Shown: one piece after another, positions 26,649 through 29,601 of the stretch | Position numbering within the stretch: the stretch's first letter is position 1 | How the letters are laid out: every line of letters starts with the position of its first letter | The notes under the pieces: generated by a model | Databases searched by the model: none | Told to the model about the DNA's origin: nothing | Seen by the model: only the letters and a program-made list of their open reading frames with translations | Translations under genes and position numbers: made by a program | From: an uncultured Candidatus Saccharibacteria bacterium | GTDB lineage: Bacteria > Patescibacteriota > Minisyncoccia > UBA6257 > Colwellbacteraceae | NCBI GenBank assembly: GCA_964392905.1 | Contig: CAYMRK010000001.1 | Location: 1 to 29,601 of the forward strand | Direction of reading: 5' to 3' | DNA length: 29,601 nt

Positions 26649-26897
26649 CTACTCCTCCATTAGATTACGCTTGAGTATTGCACTCATGAGGCAAGAGACT
26701 GGGAACTCTTGAGCGTCGTCGTATTCAAAGAGTATGTATCCCCTAGACTCTGGTCGGTTTACCCTGTAGACGTTATCCACAGCATCCGAGTCAAAGTGTA
26801 CCCCAACATAAAGCATAGTTTTATATACCACAGTCCCACAGTGTCTTCCGGGTACTAAATAGAGCCTGTCCGTGTAAACTTTCATGCCTACGTGCAT
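26649..26897 (-). CDS. SH3-like paralogue P3, 82 aa, ends ILKRNLMEE
   Basis: HVGMKV...GTVV...VGVHFDS...RGY..F aligns with P1 along its length; RBS GGAGGAG. Confidence 0.8.
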   Translation of the reverse strand: MHVGMKVYTDRLYLVPGRHCGTVVYKTMLYVGVHFDSDAVDNVYRVNRPESRGYILFEYDDAQEFPVSCLMSAILKRNLMEE

Positions 26898-27109
26898 AAG
26901 CTTTTCTCCTCCCTAAAGGAGCACCATCCACACATCCCACTGAACAAGTGGGCACCACACCTGGGACATCCTCCATTCTCAGGCCTCACGCCACCACAGC
27001 GTTCACACTTGTCTCCAGGTGTGACCTGTAGTCCACAGATTCTACATCTGGTTTCCTTAATACCCATAGTTTCTATAGGAGTATCCTTTCGAGTATCTTT
27101 TTTCTTCAT
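26888..27109 (-). CDS. Double zinc-ribbon protein (four CxxC pairs)
   Basis: CRIC, CERC, CPRC, CGWC. Start uncertain: MKKKD at 27109 (GGAG RBS) or MGIKE at 27067. Confidence 0.7.
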   Translation of the reverse strand: MKKKDTRKDTPIETMGIKETRCRICGLQVTPGDKCERCGGVRPENGGCPRCGAHLFSGMCGWCSFREEKSLCT

Positions 27110-28028
27110 TGTATTTATACTCCAGCTCCTTTGATATCCCACGTTCTTTCAGAAACGTAATGACATACTCTGGTTCATAGAACACAATGTCACTTGTGGT
27201 TAAATCATAGTGTCCGTAGTTCCCTGTGTAGGCATAGACCTGTGGTTCCTTTGGTATTCTCTTAGTCACCAAGGTCTCCCATTCAAGAGTCTTTAGTTTT
27301 CCAATGAGATTATCTAGGAACCCAAGGTGCAGAGTTTCCTTATAGGTATGCTGACAGGCATATCCTACAGACAAGTTAGTACACTCAGGTATCACATGGA
27401 TTAACTTAGCGGTATCCGTAAAGGTACCACTCTCGTCGTACCATGTGTCCCCAAGTTTCCTGATTAGATCATCGGCGAACTCCTTAGAACAGCACTGGCC
27501 TCCCATTTGCCAGTTGATTACATCGGTGTAGCCAGCCCTATCGAAAGCTACGGCTCTCTTGAACTGCGTGAAATCTACGAGGGCATCTTTGATGATGCCC
27601 TGGATTCCTTTGCATCCAGTTTCTTCTTCGGCTGTCCATAGATAATAGCCGGGGACTTGAGCCTCAGCTAGACAACAAAGGATTTCACAGCCGGCACCAT
27701 CGTCAGCGCCAAGGCACCCCACGCCTTTAGGCTGGGCACCAAGAAGACCAATAGTGTCAAGGTTCTTCCAGTAACCGAGGTTCTTAGTTCCTCGGTTCGT
27801 AGTGTCCACGGTGTCTGTGTGGGCTGTGAACAAGGTAGCGCTCTTGGAACCATCGGCCATCGGTACTACCCAGTGGTAGTTACCGTAGATATCACACCAA
27901 GGGAGGATGCTTGGAGTGAACTTAGCGAACCACCAGCGCATGAAACGCTGGGTTGCGGAGGGTTCGCCCCGGGGTTTCTTGAGTATCTCAAGCAATCTCG
28001 CAGGCTTGAAGTGTTGTCTTACCATCAT
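27057..28028 (-). CDS. Zinc metallopeptidase, M28/M20 (clan MH)-like, 323 aa
   Basis: Ligand motifs in clan MH order: AHTD, GADDGAG, EETG, FDR, QHT..E. Confidence 0.85.
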   Translation of the reverse strand: MMVRQHFKPARLLEILKKPRGEPSATQRFMRWWFAKFTPSILPWCDIYGNYHWVVPMADGSKSATLFTAHTDTVDTTNRGTKNLGYWKNLDTIGLLGAQPKGVGCLGADDGAGCEILCCLAEAQVPGYYLWTAEEETGCKGIQGIIKDALVDFTQFKRAVAFDRAGYTDVINWQMGGQCCSKEFADDLIRKLGDTWYDESGTFTDTAKLIHVIPECTNLSVGYACQHTYKETLHLGFLDNLIGKLKTLEWETLVTKRIPKEPQVYAYTGNYGHYDLTTSDIVFYEPEYVITFLKERGISKELEYKYNEEKRYSKGYSYRNYGY

Positions 28029-29137
28029 TCAGCCTCCTCTTCGCCATCTTCTTCTATAGTTTCTTTGTCAGCATAAGAAGACCACCCCTCAGTAGATCTA
28101 AATGGGGAGCACCCAGCTCTGTTATATCCGTAAATCTTTCCTGTTGTGGTATCAACATAGTAGCTGTCCCCGTCGATGTAAGGAGCCAGAAGTTTACCGC
28201 TTGGAAGTTTTATGAGTTTCATGTGGCAGTCTCTCAGGCCAGTGGAGTAGCTATAAGTGAAACCTTTGGCTTCTAACAGTTTACAGAAAGCGTTCTCTAG
28301 CTTTCTTGTGGCATCGTTGGTGGTACCACTGACATACACCCGAGCATAGGTGTTATGCTTAAGATTCAGCAGTGCACGAGCACGGGTATTTCCAGTGGTC
28401 GGATGTGTTACATAAGCCAGAGCTATGTCAGAGGAGCAATAGGCTTCCACCGGATGGTGTCCATCTGTGTCATCGAAAGAAACAGCAGCGTATTTCATGC
28501 ACGAGGCACTTACGCTACAGCCATAGTCTCCTCTCTCATAATTGGTGTAAACTTCGGTAAAAATCTCTGGAGCATTGGGGTCATCGCCGCTGACTATCTT
28601 GAAGTAGTCCTCAAGGTCGTGCTCACTATCACTAATAGCATTCAGACACTCCTTAAGAAACTTATTAGAAGGAGTGACGCCGAGGTGTTCCTTGAGGAAA
28701 GCCTGAAGACTGATGTGTAACCGGGGCTGCTCACGAAACATGCGTGTCCATGTGCTGTGGTAATACATGTGTACTGATTGATACAGAGGATTTCCGTTGG
28801 CCTTATCCAGTTTGTAGTCTAAGGTCATTAACTTTAGGAAAGCTGGAGGTTTAACGAACGCCATGCCCAAGCGAGACAGTAATTGCACAAGCTTCCATCC
28901 TGTGTGATCCTTATTCCACTTGGTGGGGAGCTCATGGAGAGTCTCCAAGGGAACAACAAGGGACACATGCTGAGCCTCAGTTAGCAACTGTTTGAGACTA
29001 TTGATGCTGACTGTTGGCCACTGTCCTTTTATGGCCTCAAGGTTCTTGAGGATGTCCTTGGAATCAAGTGTGACATCAATAGCTCCGCCACAGATCTTGG
29101 TCACGGGCTCTCCCTTATAGGTAAACGTGTGTTTCAT
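28025..29137 (-). CDS. Uncharacterised 370-aa phage protein with SCM...HPVEAY...RARALL...ARVY...PYID segments
   Basis: Long ORF, RBS from the P4 tail, ATGA-coupled to the peptidase. I could not assign a function. Confidence 0.8.
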   Translation of the reverse strand: MKHTFTYKGEPVTKICGGAIDVTLDSKDILKNLEAIKGQWPTVSINSLKQLLTEAQHVSLVVPLETLHELPTKWNKDHTGWKLVQLLSRLGMAFVKPPAFLKLMTLDYKLDKANGNPLYQSVHMYYHSTWTRMFREQPRLHISLQAFLKEHLGVTPSNKFLKECLNAISDSEHDLEDYFKIVSGDDPNAPEIFTEVYTNYERGDYGCSVSASCMKYAAVSFDDTDGHHPVEAYCSSDIALAYVTHPTTGNTRARALLNLKHNTYARVYVSGTTNDATRKLENAFCKLLEAKGFTYSYSTGLRDCHMKLIKLPSGKLLAPYIDGDSYYVDTTTGKIYGYNRAGCSPFRSTEGWSSYADKETIEEDGEEEAE

Positions 29138-29139
29138 CT

Positions 29140-29391
29140 TCAGTCCTCCATTAAGTTAGTCTTTAGAATGACAGGCCTAAACCATGTCTCGGGATAATCA
29201 CCAAGGCACCAACGGGAATAAGTAAAAGATAGGGGATTAGAGCCCCTATAACCAATAGCGTACCACCAAGATCCCTGTTCAGAATTACCGGCTCGTAATC
29301 TAGTTTCGCCTACAATGTCAAGGATTTTTCCTTTGTACCACCGGTTATCTCTCGTTCTGAACACTATGCGTTGTCCGATAGTAAAAATCAT
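29140..29391 (-). CDS. SH3-like paralogue P4, 83 aa, ends ILKTNLMED
   Basis: Start moved to MIFTIGQRIV (ATG 29389-29391, overlapping the upstream TGA), which matches the 82-84 aa length of the other paralogues. FTIGQRIV...YKGKILDI. Confidence 0.75.
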   Translation of the reverse strand: MIFTIGQRIVFRTRDNRWYKGKILDIVGETRLRAGNSEQGSWWYAIGYRGSNPLSFTYSRWCLGDYPETWFRPVILKTNLMED

Positions 29392-29540
29392 AGGCCACTC
29401 CCTAGAACCCCAATACAAAAGCCTATCAGAAACAGGCAGATGACAAGGGTGTAGCAGGCGATGAAGCTGGTGGTATCCAGGGTATACCATAGTCCCAACG
29501 TAGGAACCAGAAGAAGGAGCGTTAGGATCAGAAGTTGCAT
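29388..29540 (-). CDS. 50-aa two-TM membrane protein (MQLLILTLLLLVPTLGLWYTLDTTSFIACYTLVICLFLIGFCIGVLGSGL)
   Basis: Hand-translated. RBS ATGGAGG from the P5 tail; ATGA-coupled to P4; almost entirely hydrophobic. Confidence 0.75.
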   Translation of the reverse strand: MQLLILTLLLLVPTLGLWYTLDTTSFIACYTLVICLFLIGFCIGVLGSGL

Positions 29541-29541
29541 C

Positions 29542-29601
29542 TTAAGCCTCCATTAGGTTAGTCTTGAGCACACATGACATGAGGTACTTTGGATTCCAGA
29601 T
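29542..29601 (-). CDS. 3' end of paralogue P5 (…IWNPKYLMSCVLKTNLMEA*), truncated by window edge
   Basis: Hand translation of the last 60 nt gives the same C-terminal motif; LMS..LK.NLME matches P3 closely. Confidence 0.75.
   Translation of the reverse strand: MWNPKYLMSCVLKTNLMEA

Noticed and set aside
1157-27853. Plus-strand ORFs and alternative-frame minus ORFs in the track (e.g. 3311-3946, 8135-8578, 25928-26338)
   Set aside because: They are antisense or out-of-frame shadows of well-supported minus-strand genes, with no RBS or motif support.
29392-29490. N-terminal 33 aa of track ORF 29140-29490
   Set aside because: It overlaps the better-supported 50-aa membrane ORF; the ATGA-coupled start at 29391 matches paralogue length.
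25708-29601. The LKxNLME repeats as a CRISPR-like array or phage promoters
   Set aside because: Spacing is irregular and gene-sized, and the units vary at synonymous positions; they do not match the twin 26-bp element beyond a partial AGTTCTTAAG at about 26400.
1-29601. Alternative genetic code (stop reassignment) and apparent CTAG richness
   Set aside because: Core genes are intact under code 11 and TAA, TAG and TGA all end genes. CTAG looks frequent by eye, but I cannot compute observed/expected values.

Overview
The window is an internal ~29.6 kb part of a T7-like podovirus (Autographiviridae-type) genome, with every credible gene on the minus strand. Reading right to left (transcription order): (1) an early/accessory island (25.7-29.6 kb) holding at least five ~83-aa SH3-like paralogues that all end in LKxNLME[ADE], a small membrane protein, an unknown 370-aa protein, an M28/M20-type zinc peptidase and a double zinc ribbon; (2) single-subunit RNA polymerase; (3) a replication module (SSB, endonuclease I, primase-helicase, family A DNA polymerase, 5'-3' exonuclease) interspersed with small accessory ORFs; (4) a virion module (portal, scaffold, major capsid, hairpin terminator, tRNA-Tyr(GUA), tail tubular A/B, four internal virion proteins, start of tail fibre). 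I also found a 26-bp repeat (22/26 identical) with an internal palindrome, upstream of the RNAP gene and of the structural module, and several small ORFs below the ORF-track threshold. Family assignments come from motif recognition by eye; no database searches were run. I saw no integrase, ligase, lysin or terminase in the window.
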